Below, piece after piece: positions 35,081 through 44,241 of a stretch of DNA of 64,000 nt. How positions within the stretch are numbered: the stretch's first letter is position 1; every line of letters starts with the position of its first letter. Under the pieces are notes generated by a model. It ran no database searches and was not told the DNA's origin. It saw only the letters and a list, made by a program, of their open reading frames with translations. This DNA is from an uncultured Actinomycetota bacterium. Its GTDB lineage: Bacteria > Actinomycetota > Actinomycetes > JAHEKZ01. A program made the position numbers and the translations under genes. The stretch covers positions 384,001 through 448,000 of the forward strand of contig CAVURN010000003.1 of the NCBI GenBank assembly GCA_963743915.1, in the 5' to 3' direction.

Positions 35081-35854
35081 ATGCAGATCGCGGGCATCCA
35101 GTTCGACTACGTCGAGTCCGAACCCTTCGACGCGCGCGTCGCTCGCATGCTCGACCTCGTGGCGTCTGCGGCGGACGCCGACCTGGTGGTGCTGCCCGAG
35201 CTGTGGCCCAACGGCGGCTTCACGTACGCCACGTGGGAGCCCACGGCGCAGGAGCTCTCCGGTGACATCGTCACGCAGCTGCAGGACGCCGCCCGCTCCG
35301 CCGACGTGGTGCTGCACGGCGGCTCCTTCATCGAACGCCGCCCCGACGGCTCTCTCACCAACACCGCTGTCGTCATCGAGCGGGACGGCTCGGTGGCCTC
35401 GGTGTACCGCAAGATCCACCTCTTCGGGTTCACCGACGGCGAGCCGAAGTACCTCGCGGCCGGCCAGAACGTGGAGGTCGCCGACACCTCCGTCGGCCGC
35501 CTCGGCCTCGCCACCTGCTACGACCTGCGCTTCCCTGAGATGTTCCGCCGACTCGTCGACCAGCAGGTCGATCTCTTCGTGGTACCCGCTGCCTGGCCGG
35601 CGCCCCGGGTCGAGCACTGGACGGTCCTGGCACGCGCCCGTGCGATCGAGAACCAGACGCCGCTGGTGGCCGTGAACACGTCGGGCAGGCACGGCGGTGT
35701 CGAGATGGGGGGCCGCAGCCTGGTGGTGGACGCGCAGGGCGTCGTCCTCACCGAGGCCGGGATCGACGAGACCGTGCTGCGCGCCACCATCGACGCCGAG
35801 GACACCCGGGCCTGGCGCGAGCGGTTCCCGGCGCTGGGCGACCGCCGCCTCTAG
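35081..35854 (+). CDS. Carbon-nitrogen hydrolase (nitrilase family)
   Basis: LPELW, YRKIHLF, CYDLRFPE catalytic triad. Confidence 0.93.
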   Translation: MQIAGIQFDYVESEPFDARVARMLDLVASAADADLVVLPELWPNGGFTYATWEPTAQELSGDIVTQLQDAARSADVVLHGGSFIERRPDGSLTNTAVVIERDGSVASVYRKIHLFGFTDGEPKYLAAGQNVEVADTSVGRLGLATCYDLRFPEMFRRLVDQQVDLFVVPAAWPAPRVEHWTVLARARAIENQTPLVAVNTSGRHGGVEMGGRSLVVDAQGVVLTEAGIDETVLRATIDAEDTRAWRERFPALGDRRL

Positions 35855-35861
35855 GACCCCC

Positions 35862-35936
35862 TTTCTACGCCAGGGCGCCACGATTACCCGTCCTGCCGCG
35901 TGAGTGTGGCGGTCTGGCGTTGGAATTGGGGGTGCG
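35862..35936. repeat. 75-bp hairpin-forming repeat family A, copy 1
   Basis: About 70/75 identical to 39733-39806; ends form an imperfect inverted repeat (TTCTACGCCAGGGCGCCAC / GTGGCGGTCTGGCGTTG). Confidence 0.9.
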
Positions 35937-35963
35937 TGAACCGATCGGGGGTCCGGCTGCGAC
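35937..35963 (+). promoter_or_regulatory. Candidate ECF-sigma autoregulatory promoter TGAACC-N17-CGAC
   Basis: AAC -35 and CG(A/T)C -10 pattern typical of ECF promoters, directly upstream of the ECF gene. Confidence 0.45.
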
Positions 35964-36005
35964 AAGGGGGTAGGAACTGGCCCTCGCCCCTCCGGAAGGA
36001 CGACA

Positions 36006-36548
36006 GTGTCCGACGTGCCCACTGACCCGATGACCGACGCAGCCCTGCTGCGCCGCGTCGCCGACGGTGACCGCCGCGCGCTGGAGACTCTCTACGGGCG
36101 TCACGCGGGATGGTTGCTGGTCCGGCTCGGGCGCCGCTGTCCTGACCCCGGGCTGGTCGACGAGGTCGTGCAGGACACCTTCGTCGCCGTCTGGCGCAGT
36201 GCGGCGAAGTACGGCGGTCAGGGTGAGGTCGCGGCCTGGATCTGGGGCATCGGCGTCCGCCGCCTGGTGGACGCGGTCCGCCGCACGCCGCGTACCACCG
36301 TCGTCGCCGAGCCCCCCGAGCCGAGCCTCGAGCTCTCGGCCGAGGAGCGGGTGCTGCTCGGCGTGCAGTACGGCGACCTCGCCGGGGCGCTGGACCGGCT
36401 GTCGCCCGAGCTCAGGGCCGTCGTGCAGTCGACCGTGCTCGACGGGCTCACCACCGCCGAGGCCGGCCGTCTGCTCGGCATCCCGCAAGGCACCGTCAAG
36501 ACGCGCATGAAGCGCGCCCGTGAGCAGCTTCGGGAGGAGTTGGCATGA
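36006..36548 (+). CDS. ECF RNA polymerase sigma factor
   Basis: Region 2 DEVVQDTFVAVW; region 4 LGIPQGTVKTRM. Confidence 0.93.
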   Translation: MSDVPTDPMTDAALLRRVADGDRRALETLYGRHAGWLLVRLGRRCPDPGLVDEVVQDTFVAVWRSAAKYGGQGEVAAWIWGIGVRRLVDAVRRTPRTTVVAEPPEPSLELSAEERVLLGVQYGDLAGALDRLSPELRAVVQSTVLDGLTTAEAGRLLGIPQGTVKTRMKRAREQLREELA

Positions 36549-37363
36549 GTTGGCACATCCCCGAGCCGCTGGCACAGGCGTACGTCGCCGGTGATGTGCA
36601 GGGTGCACGTGCGGCGTCCGTCGAGGCGCACGTCATGGCGTGCGACACCTGCCGCGCCCTCGTCGGCGGCGCCGTCCCGACCGACCGTCTCGAGGCGATC
36701 TGGTCGGAGGTCGAGGAGCAGGTGGACGCCCCGCGTGCGAGCTGGGTGGAGCGGCTGCTCACCGGCGTCGGGCTGCCGGAGACGGATGCGCGTCTGGTGG
36801 CTGCTGCTCCGTCGCTGCACGCGTCATGGTTCACCGCCCTCGTCGCCGTCCTTGCCTTCGCGGTCTGGGCAGGCCAGGCGGGTGGGCGCGGAGCGGTCGT
36901 GTTCCTCATCCTCGCGCCGCTGGTGCCGGTGCTGGCGGTCGCCGGCGCGTACGGCCCACGGGTCGACCCCACGTACGAGGTCTCGGTGGCGAGCCCCTAT
37001 CCGACGCTGCGCCTGGTCCTGCTGCGTGCAGCCGCCGTCGCGCTGGCGTCCGGGGCGCTTGCCGCCCTCGCCTCGACGCTGGTCCCCGACATCGACGTGG
37101 CGGCGGCGTGGCTGCTGCCGAGCCTGGCCCTCGTCAGCCTCACTCTCGTGCTGGCCCGCTGGCTTCCGCTGCCAGTGGCGGCCGGCGGTGTCGCGGCGTC
37201 CTATGCCGTGCCGCTGTTGCTGGCGCTCTATGCCGACGCGGACGTTCTCGACGTCGTGCTGTCGGCCTCACTGCAGTGGGCGGCACTGGCCGTCGGTGTC
37301 GCTGCACTCGTGTTCATGACCACCGACCCGCAGCTGCGGGCGGCCCTGAGGAGGAACCCATGA
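36545..37363 (+). CDS. zf-HC2 anti-sigma factor with multi-pass membrane domain
   Basis: HVMACDTC (HxxxCxxC) followed by about 6 TM helices. Confidence 0.88.
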   Translation: MSWHIPEPLAQAYVAGDVQGARAASVEAHVMACDTCRALVGGAVPTDRLEAIWSEVEEQVDAPRASWVERLLTGVGLPETDARLVAAAPSLHASWFTALVAVLAFAVWAGQAGGRGAVVFLILAPLVPVLAVAGAYGPRVDPTYEVSVASPYPTLRLVLLRAAAVALASGALAALASTLVPDIDVAAAWLLPSLALVSLTLVLARWLPLPVAAGGVAASYAVPLLLALYADADVLDVVLSASLQWAALAVGVAALVFMTTDPQLRAALRRNP

Positions 37364-38220
37364 CCCAGGCAGCGACCGTCCATGAGGTCCGTCGCCGGTA
37401 TGGGCGCACCCAGGCCCTCGACGGTGCCACGTTCACCATCGGGTCCGGCGTGACCGGTCTGCTCGGTCCGAACGGAGCCGGCAAGACGACGCTCCTGCGC
37501 ATCCTGGCCACCGTGTCCGCCCCGGACTCCGGTGAGGTCACGGTGTTCGGCCGCAACCCCGGCGACGCGGGTGAGCGCACCGAGATCCGTCGCCGCCTCG
37601 GCTACCTTCCGCAGGACCCAGGGTTCCAGCGTGGCTTCAGCGTCTTCGAGTTCGTCGACTACGTCGCGATCCTCAAGGAGATGACCGGACGTCGCGAGCG
37701 GCACGAGGAGGTGCGTCGCGCGCTCGAGGCGGTCGACCTCACCTCGGTCAGCGGCAAGCGCGTGCGCGCACTCTCGGGTGGCATGAAGCGTCGCACCGCC
37801 CTCGCCGCCGCGCTGCTCGGCGACCCCCAGTTCCTCGTCCTCGACGAGCCGACAGCGGGCCTCGATCCGGAGCAGCGGCTGCGTTTCCGTGAGCTGGTGT
37901 CGCACGCAGGTGAGGGACGCGCGGTGCTGCTGTCGACACACCAGACCGAGGATGTCGCCGCGCTCTGTCAGGACGTGGTGGTGCTCGACCGCGGACGCGT
38001 CCTGTTCCACGGCTCGCCCGCCGAGCTGACCGCCGTGGCCGACGGTCGGGTCTGGTTCGCCGCCGAGCGGAACCCGGGTGCCGAGCTTGCGTGGCGCACC
38101 GGAGACGGACGCGTCCGTCACCTGGGCACTCCGCCCTCGGCCGCCGACATCGTCGAGCCGACGCTCGAGGACGGCTACCTGCTGCTGGTCGGCCGGTTCG
38201 ACGAGGAGGCAGCGGCATGA
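37360..38220 (+). CDS. ABC transporter ATP-binding protein
   Basis: GPNGAGKTT, LSGGM, LDEPTAGLDP. Confidence 0.95.
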   Translation: MTQAATVHEVRRRYGRTQALDGATFTIGSGVTGLLGPNGAGKTTLLRILATVSAPDSGEVTVFGRNPGDAGERTEIRRRLGYLPQDPGFQRGFSVFEFVDYVAILKEMTGRRERHEEVRRALEAVDLTSVSGKRVRALSGGMKRRTALAAALLGDPQFLVLDEPTAGLDPEQRLRFRELVSHAGEGRAVLLSTHQTEDVAALCQDVVVLDRGRVLFHGSPAELTAVADGRVWFAAERNPGAELAWRTGDGRVRHLGTPPSAADIVEPTLEDGYLLLVGRFDEEAAA

Positions 38221-39091
38221 GCGCGGTGCTGGAGTCGCACGTGGGTGGCAGAGACCGTGCGGTGACGCGATCGACGTGGCGGGCGGTCGTGGAGCTGGGG
38301 CTGCGTGAGGGACGCCGAATGGTGACGTCGCCGGTGCTGCTCCTGCTGCTGGCGTTCGTGATCCTGATGGGTGGCGTCGAGACCGTCGCGGAGCGAGCGC
38401 TGTCCATGCCGACGGCCCGCGGCGCCTACGACGCCATCGCCTTCTTCACGGCGCTGTACCTCGGGCTGCTCGTCTACATGGCGGCGCACCTGGTGACGTC
38501 GTCGGCGCGTCGCACCGGCGCCGAGCCGCAGCTGGCGGCGTCTGCCCTGTCGGTCCGGCAGCGCAGCGCGGGGATGTGTCTCGGCGTGCTGTTCGGTCCC
38601 GGTGGGTTGGCCCTCGTGCTGATGGTGGCGGCCGCACTGCTCGGCAACAACCTCGTGGCGTCCAACGCAGACGGCTTCGGGCCGGACGAGCCGACGCTGG
38701 GCGTGGTGTTCCTCGTCCAGCTCGGTCTGCTGCTGATCGGTGGTGGCCTGTTCGGAGTCATGTGGGCGACCTGGCTGCGCTTCCCCGGTTCGCTGCCGAT
38801 CGGTTTCCTCGTGCTGGTGTTCGGCACGGTGTGGCTGGCCGACCCCGACCGCACGCCGCTCCACACCTGGCCGTGGTTCGCGCCGTACATCAGCGTTCCG
38901 AGCTGGTTCGACGAACCATGGACTGCCGTACGGATCCCACTACTGGCACACGGCGTATCTCGTCGGTCTATGCGCTCTCGCGGTGTGCGGAACGATGCTG
39001 CGCGAGCGTGAGCACCGCGGCCGCTGGCTCGGGATCTCCGCGGCAGTCGCCGCTGGCCACCGGCGTTGCCGGCGCGGTCCAGCTGTCATGA
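38217..39091 (+). CDS. ABC transporter permease-like membrane protein (frameshifts near 38925 and 39050)
   Basis: Multi-TM, coupled to ATPase; C-terminal WHTAYLVGL in another frame. Confidence 0.7.
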
Positions 39092-39774
39092 GCGGAGTAC
39101 TCGTGGCGTCCGAGCGATCGACCCCTCCGCCGTTGCTGCACTACCTACCGCGCCTGTGCCGCTGGCCGCTGCTCGCCGGTGGTGCGCTCCTCGCGTGGGC
39201 TCTGACGGGGTGGCGCGCCGGGGACGTCACCACGGAGGTGGGCGCCCTGTGGCTGCTCCGCTTCGTGGTCGTGGTCGCGTGCCTTGCGGCGGTGTTCGCG
39301 CTCGACGACCCGTCGCGGAACATGACGGAGCCGCTCGTCGCGACGCGTCGCTCACTCGTGAGTGGGCGCCTCGCGGTGGCCGTCGGCGTCGTGGCGGTGG
39401 CGACGCTGCCGGCGGCACTGGCGGTCGGCGAGCGACTGAGCGGTGCCGTGGCGTGGGGGCTCGTGCTCGAGGCGTTCGGCGTCCTGGCCCTGCTCTGCGG
39501 CCTCTCCCTCGTGCTGCAGCGTCGGTGGCGGATCACCGAGCCCGCCCAGTACCTGGCGCTGGCCGTGCTGCTCATCGGGGTCGCCGACCAGATGACCGCT
39601 GGACGGTGGCCGCTGCTGGCCGGCCCCGGGGAGCAGTGGGCGGATGCGCATGTGCGCTGGGCGGTGCTGGCAGCGGTCGCGGTCGCCGTCGTGGGCTGGC
39701 AGCTGCGCGATCCGGCGTCCCGCGCCGGCCGTTTTCTACGCCAGGGCGCCACGATGACCCGTCCTGCGGCGTGA
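39088..39774 (+). CDS. ABC transporter permease-like membrane protein
   Basis: About 6 TM, FALDDP motif, ATGA overlap; stop lies inside repeat A copy 2. Confidence 0.72.
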   Translation: MSGVLVASERSTPPPLLHYLPRLCRWPLLAGGALLAWALTGWRAGDVTTEVGALWLLRFVVVVACLAAVFALDDPSRNMTEPLVATRRSLVSGRLAVAVGVVAVATLPAALAVGERLSGAVAWGLVLEAFGVLALLCGLSLVLQRRWRITEPAQYLALAVLLIGVADQMTAGRWPLLAGPGEQWADAHVRWAVLAAVAVAVVGWQLRDPASRAGRFLRQGATMTRPAA

Positions 39775-39806
39775 CTGTGGCGGTCTGGCGTTGAAATGGG
39801 GGTGCG
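39733..39806. repeat. 74-bp hairpin-forming repeat family A, copy 2
   Basis: Same orientation as 35862-35936; 4 substitutions and 1 indel. Confidence 0.9.
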
Positions 39807-39822
39807 GGAGTAGCCTCGCGAC

Positions 39823-41271
39823 GTGACCACGCCGCACCCTGAGACCGCCCGTTTCGCTGAGACGTTCGCCCTGGTGGGTGAGGCGCTGGACCGGTGGTAC
39901 GCGGCCGAACGGGTCGACCCGTTGCGCTCCTCCACCGACTGGTCCGAGGCGCTGACCGGTCCGCCCCCGAGGGAGGGGATCGGTGCGGACGCGACCTTGC
40001 ACGAGTTCGTCACGCTCGTGCTGCCGCACGGCCCACGGCTGACGTCCGAGGCGTCCTGGGGATGGATCACCACGGGGCCTTCGACCGTTCCCACCGCGAT
40101 CACGGCTGCCAGCATGATCGCGTCACCGCAACGGCAGACGCTCACGGCGTTCAACCACCTCGAGGAGCAGTCGCTCGACTGGCTCGCCGAGATCTGTGGG
40201 CTCGGCCCGCACATGAAGGGCGTGTACTCGAGCGGTGGGTCGACGGCCAATCTGGTCGCGCTCGGCGCCGCACGCCAGTGGGCGCTCGAGCAGGCGGGCG
40301 TCGACGCCTCGGCGGACGGATTCGACGCCAGTGGCTTCGCCGTCTACACCTCCGACCAGGCTCACCACACCGTCCAGCGGTCGGCAGGGGTGCTGGGCAT
40401 CGGACGCAACCGGGTGCGGTCCGTTCCGACCGATGACCAGATGCGCCTGGACGTCGACGCGCTGGCTGCGGTGATGGAGAAGGACCGGGCGAACGGGATC
40501 GTGCCGATCGCCGTGGTCGTCGCGGCGGGGACCACCAACACCGGTGCGATCGACCCGATCCGGCGCGCCGGTGAGGTGGCCAAGGAGCACGGCGCGTGGT
40601 TCCACGTCGACGGCGCGTACGGGCTGCCCGGCATCCTCGACGAGCGTTTGACGGCCCTGTACGACGGACTGGAGCTCGCGGACTCGGCGATCACCGACCC
40701 GCACAAGTGGCTCAACGCCCCGGTCGGGGTCGCGGCGACCTTCGTGCGCGACCGCTCGATCCTGTACCGGGCGTTCACCCAAGAGCCCGCGGACTACCTC
40801 GAAGGTGCGTTCTCCGACGACGACGTGCAGGTGTCGCTCGACTCGATGGGGATCCCCTACTTCGACTTCGGCGTCGAGCTCTCGTCGCCGGTGCGCGGGG
40901 TCGCCGTCTGGGGCACGCTCCGCGAGCTGGGGATCGACGGGGTCCGCGCCCGCGTCGTGCAGGACAACGACTTCGCCCGACGGGTCGCCGAGCGTGCCCG
41001 GGAGCACCCGCGGCTGGAGTTGCTGCTGGACCCGGTGCTGTCGATCTGCGTGTTCCGCTACCGGCCGGAGGGCGAGCTCGCTGAGGCAGGCGTCGATGCC
41101 GCCAACCGCGAGATCCTGCGCCGACTGGCGCGCGAGACGCGCTTCGTCGTGAGCTCGACGGTGGTGCGGGGCACCTTCGCCCTGCGCCCGTGCTTCATCA
41201 ACCCGCGCACCACGATGTCCGACGTCGACGCCTTCGTCGACACGGTCATCTCCCTCGGCGACACCCTCTGA
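39823..41271 (+). CDS. Group II PLP-dependent decarboxylase (aromatic amino acid/glutamate decarboxylase family)
   Basis: SGGSTAN, AGTTNTGAID, HVDGAYG, DPHKWL. Confidence 0.92.
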   Translation: MTTPHPETARFAETFALVGEALDRWYAAERVDPLRSSTDWSEALTGPPPREGIGADATLHEFVTLVLPHGPRLTSEASWGWITTGPSTVPTAITAASMIASPQRQTLTAFNHLEEQSLDWLAEICGLGPHMKGVYSSGGSTANLVALGAARQWALEQAGVDASADGFDASGFAVYTSDQAHHTVQRSAGVLGIGRNRVRSVPTDDQMRLDVDALAAVMEKDRANGIVPIAVVVAAGTTNTGAIDPIRRAGEVAKEHGAWFHVDGAYGLPGILDERLTALYDGLELADSAITDPHKWLNAPVGVAATFVRDRSILYRAFTQEPADYLEGAFSDDDVQVSLDSMGIPYFDFGVELSSPVRGVAVWGTLRELGIDGVRARVVQDNDFARRVAERAREHPRLELLLDPVLSICVFRYRPEGELAEAGVDAANREILRRLARETRFVVSSTVVRGTFALRPCFINPRTTMSDVDAFVDTVISLGDTL

Positions 41272-41414
41272 CCCAAGCCACCCCCACCCGTGTGGGTGCG
41301 GTGTGACACCGCTCCCGTTGATTGCAGGTTTGGCCGTACCCATGGACGTCGAGTCGGGCGTCTGGCGCGGCCCGGAGATCGTCTGGTGACGGGTTCCCGG
41401 CGTACTGTCGTCGG

Positions 41415-42125
41415 ATGCACATCATCCTGATCCCCGGCTTCTGGCTCGACGGCAGCTCGTGGGACGCGGTCCTGCCCGCGCTTCGCGCGGCGGGCCACCA
41501 GCCGCATCCGCTGACGCTGCCTGGCCTGGAGTCCAAGGATGCCGACCGCTCCGCCATCACCCTGCGCGACCACGTCGATGCGACGGTCGAGGTCATCGAC
41601 TCGCTCGACCCTGCCGACGGCAAGGTGGTGCTGGTCGGTCACTCCGGTGGTGGCGCGGTCGTGCACGCCGCCGTCGATGCGCGTCCCGATCGGGTCGCGA
41701 GAGTCGTCTACACGGCAAGTGAACCGGTCGGACCCGGCGACTGCATCAACGACGGATTCGAATCGGCGAACGGCGAAGTTCCGCTGCCCGACTGGTCAGT
41801 CTTCGACGATGCGGACCTCGTCGGACTGGACGACGAGCTGCGACGGCAGTTCCGCGAGCGCGCGATCCCCATGCCCGTCCACGTCACGAGCGATGCGCAA
41901 CAGCTGTCGGACGAACGGCGGTACGACGTCCCGATCACGGTGGTCTGCTGCGAGTACACCAGCGACATGCTGAAGGAGTGGATGGACAACAAGGAACCGG
42001 GAGCGCTCGAGCTGACCAGGATCCGCGACGTCGAGCTCGTGGACCTGGCGACCGGTCACTGGCCGCAGTTCTCGCGTCCGGAGGATCTCGGTCACGCCAT
42101 CGTCACGGCCATAGCCTCACCGTGA
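41415..42125 (+). CDS. Alpha/beta hydrolase (esterase-like)
   Basis: IPGFWLDGSSW, GHSGG, TGHWP. Confidence 0.9.
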   Translation: MHIILIPGFWLDGSSWDAVLPALRAAGHQPHPLTLPGLESKDADRSAITLRDHVDATVEVIDSLDPADGKVVLVGHSGGGAVVHAAVDARPDRVARVVYTASEPVGPGDCINDGFESANGEVPLPDWSVFDDADLVGLDDELRRQFRERAIPMPVHVTSDAQQLSDERRYDVPITVVCCEYTSDMLKEWMDNKEPGALELTRIRDVELVDLATGHWPQFSRPEDLGHAIVTAIASP

Positions 42126-42138
42126 CCCTGGTGCCCTC

Positions 42139-43569
42139 GTGAGCTACGCGGTGTACGTGGGTTCTGGACTCACCGCAGACGGAGTCGGGTACCTGGCCGG
42201 CTACGGCGACGAGCCGTCCAGCCACTGGCTCGAGGTCATGCCGCGTCAGCAGCATCCGACCGGTTCCGTCGTCGAGGTCGGCGTTACCCCGGAGGCTCAG
42301 ATGCCGGGAGAGCGATCCACCATCCCGCAGGTGTCCGAGACCTTTCGGCACCTGCGGGTGAGCTACTCGCAGTTCCTCGGCGTGCCGCCGCCGCTGACGA
42401 ATGGCGGGCTCAACGAGCACGGCGTCGCCGTACGAGACGTGTGGTCGCCGAGCCACCCGCGTCTCGTCGCCATGACGCCGTCCGATCAGCGAGGTCCGAG
42501 CTACAGCGACCTGGCGCGGATCGTCCTCGAGCGCTGTCGCACTGCGCGCGAGGGCGTCGAGCTCATCGGTGACTTGATCAATCGCTATGGCGAGTCGACC
42601 TACGGCGGCAACTCACACCTCATCGCGGACGCCGGCGAGGCCTGGGTGGTCATCGAGTTCGCCGGTGGTGCTGGGCTCTGGGTGGCCGAGCGCCTCGGGC
42701 CGGAGAGCATCCGGGTCAGTCGTCCCGGGTACATCGGCGTCATCCCAGGTGACTTTGCCGGGCACGACGACTTCGCCGGATCGCCGCACCTCATCGACTT
42801 CGCAGTGGATCACGGTTGGTACTCGGCGAGCGAGGGCTCATTCGACGTGAACCGCGTCTACGGGGACGGCAAGGGCCGGTGGCCAGGTGTCACCTGGATC
42901 GAGGACGAGCTGGCGCGGCGGGCGTCAAGGCCGGAGAGAGTCACGCTCGAGGACTTGTTCTGGGCAGTCCGCACCGAGCGGCTCACGTCCGACACCGCGG
43001 GGTACGGCCAGGTCGTCCCGCTGCTGGCGAGTGACGAACCATGGCAGCTGCGTGTCTTGTGGCACTCGGTCGTGGGTCCCGTTGCGGCACCGTTCACACC
43101 GGTCCCCCTTGGAACGACGACAGTCGTGCCTGAGCTGGCACAGCACCGTTACCTCAACCGTGGCGAGAGCGCCGCGTTCGTCAGCAGCGGCCCCGGGGAC
43201 GGCGCTCCGGCCTCAGCGGTGCCCCAGGCCGTCGAGGGCACGCGCTCGGCGGTCGCGGTGCACAAGCGATTGCTGTACCTGCTCGCAGAGCACCACGAGA
43301 TCTTCCTGCACGAGGTCACACCGGTGTGGCGCGCGTTCGAACGACGGGCCGGCGACTCACTGCGCGAGACGCTCCAGATCGCACGCGTGCTGCTTCGTGA
43401 AGGCGAGACTGAGCGTGCTGCGTGGATGCTGACCCGACTGGCGACAGACGAGGCGTTACGCGCGCTCGATCTTGGCGAGGCCATGGTTGCCAGCATGGAC
43501 GCGCGGGCGCGGGTGCTGTTCGGTGTGCGGACCGAGGGTGGTTGGCGCGGGCCGGAGGTGCTCTGGTGA
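42139..43569 (+). CDS. Peptidase C69-like (Ntn-hydrolase) dipeptidase
   Basis: N-terminal SYAVYVG, GGLNEHGVAV, TAREGVELIG, NSHLIAD..EAW..E. Confidence 0.8.
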   Translation: MSYAVYVGSGLTADGVGYLAGYGDEPSSHWLEVMPRQQHPTGSVVEVGVTPEAQMPGERSTIPQVSETFRHLRVSYSQFLGVPPPLTNGGLNEHGVAVRDVWSPSHPRLVAMTPSDQRGPSYSDLARIVLERCRTAREGVELIGDLINRYGESTYGGNSHLIADAGEAWVVIEFAGGAGLWVAERLGPESIRVSRPGYIGVIPGDFAGHDDFAGSPHLIDFAVDHGWYSASEGSFDVNRVYGDGKGRWPGVTWIEDELARRASRPERVTLEDLFWAVRTERLTSDTAGYGQVVPLLASDEPWQLRVLWHSVVGPVAAPFTPVPLGTTTVVPELAQHRYLNRGESAAFVSSGPGDGAPASAVPQAVEGTRSAVAVHKRLLYLLAEHHEIFLHEVTPVWRAFERRAGDSLRETLQIARVLLREGETERAAWMLTRLATDEALRALDLGEAMVASMDARARVLFGVRTEGGWRGPEVLW

Positions 43570-43858
43570 GTCGCTGTCTCAGCTCTTGAGGTACCAGACG
43601 AGAGCCGCGACACCGGCTATCCAGGCCAGACTCACGATGAACGTTCCCAGAAAGCCGCTGCCGCCGCCCGCCAGAACGGCACGTTGCTCCAGGCTTGGCT
43701 CGCGGCGTCGGGCGTCGAAGGTGCGACGCTCGCGTCCGCGACATGGTCCGCGCTGGCATTGCTGACGAACGTGGGGGGAAGGGTCTTTACTGCGCCAAGT
43801 GCGCGAAGACTGTCGGGGCCTGCTTCCACCGTGCCATCATGCTTTGGTGCGAAAGTGG

Positions 43859-44002
43859 ATGTCGGCTGCGTGGCGGCGGTGGCTCATGTGGCGCTATCGC
43901 CACAACCAGTCGACCGATGCCCGAACCGACCGTCTCGCTGCCGAGCACATCGACCGTCTGGAGCACGGCATCAAGGACTCTCGGGGTCCGGAGATGATTT
44001 GA
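43859..44002 (+). CDS. Small hypothetical protein (47 aa)
   Basis: ATG preceded by GAAAG, followed by a hairpin; no recognisable motif. Confidence 0.3.
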   Translation: MSAAWRRWLMWRYRHNQSTDARTDRLAAEHIDRLEHGIKDSRGPEMI

Positions 44003-44052
44003 GAGCACCCTTCGACGCCTGCCGCCGGGACCGGTTCGGGCGGGGGGTGCTC
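44003..44052 (+). terminator. Hairpin GAGCACCCTTCG...CGGGGGGTGCTC
   Basis: 12-bp stem with two G-U pairs directly after the stop at 44002. Confidence 0.4.
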
Positions 44053-44079
44053 GGGCACTCCAGGGAGGGCTGACCCGCT

Positions 44080-44241
44080 GTGGACGATAGACGGACCTGG
44101 GCACTCATCGGGACTATCGCGCTCCTCGTCTGCCTTCTACTCGCCGGGTTCCTGTGGTACCTCGACTCCGTGGGCAGTTCGGGTGGGGAACCAGGCGAGG
44201 GCATGATCCGGTCGGGTCTTCTGCGGTTGGCGAGTCAGTAG
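44080..44241 (+). CDS. Small single-pass membrane protein (53 aa; MDDRRTWALIGTIALLVCLLLAGFLWYL...)
   Basis: RBS GGGAGGG, GTG start, clear TM helix, TAG overlaps the GTG of the next gene; absent from the ORF track. Confidence 0.55.
   Translation: MDDRRTWALIGTIALLVCLLLAGFLWYLDSVGSSGGEPGEGMIRSGLLRLASQ

Noticed and set aside
41298-41312. Palindrome GCGGTGT-G-ACACCGC downstream of the decarboxylase
   Set aside because: Single short palindrome with no second instance or cognate regulator; could be part of a terminator
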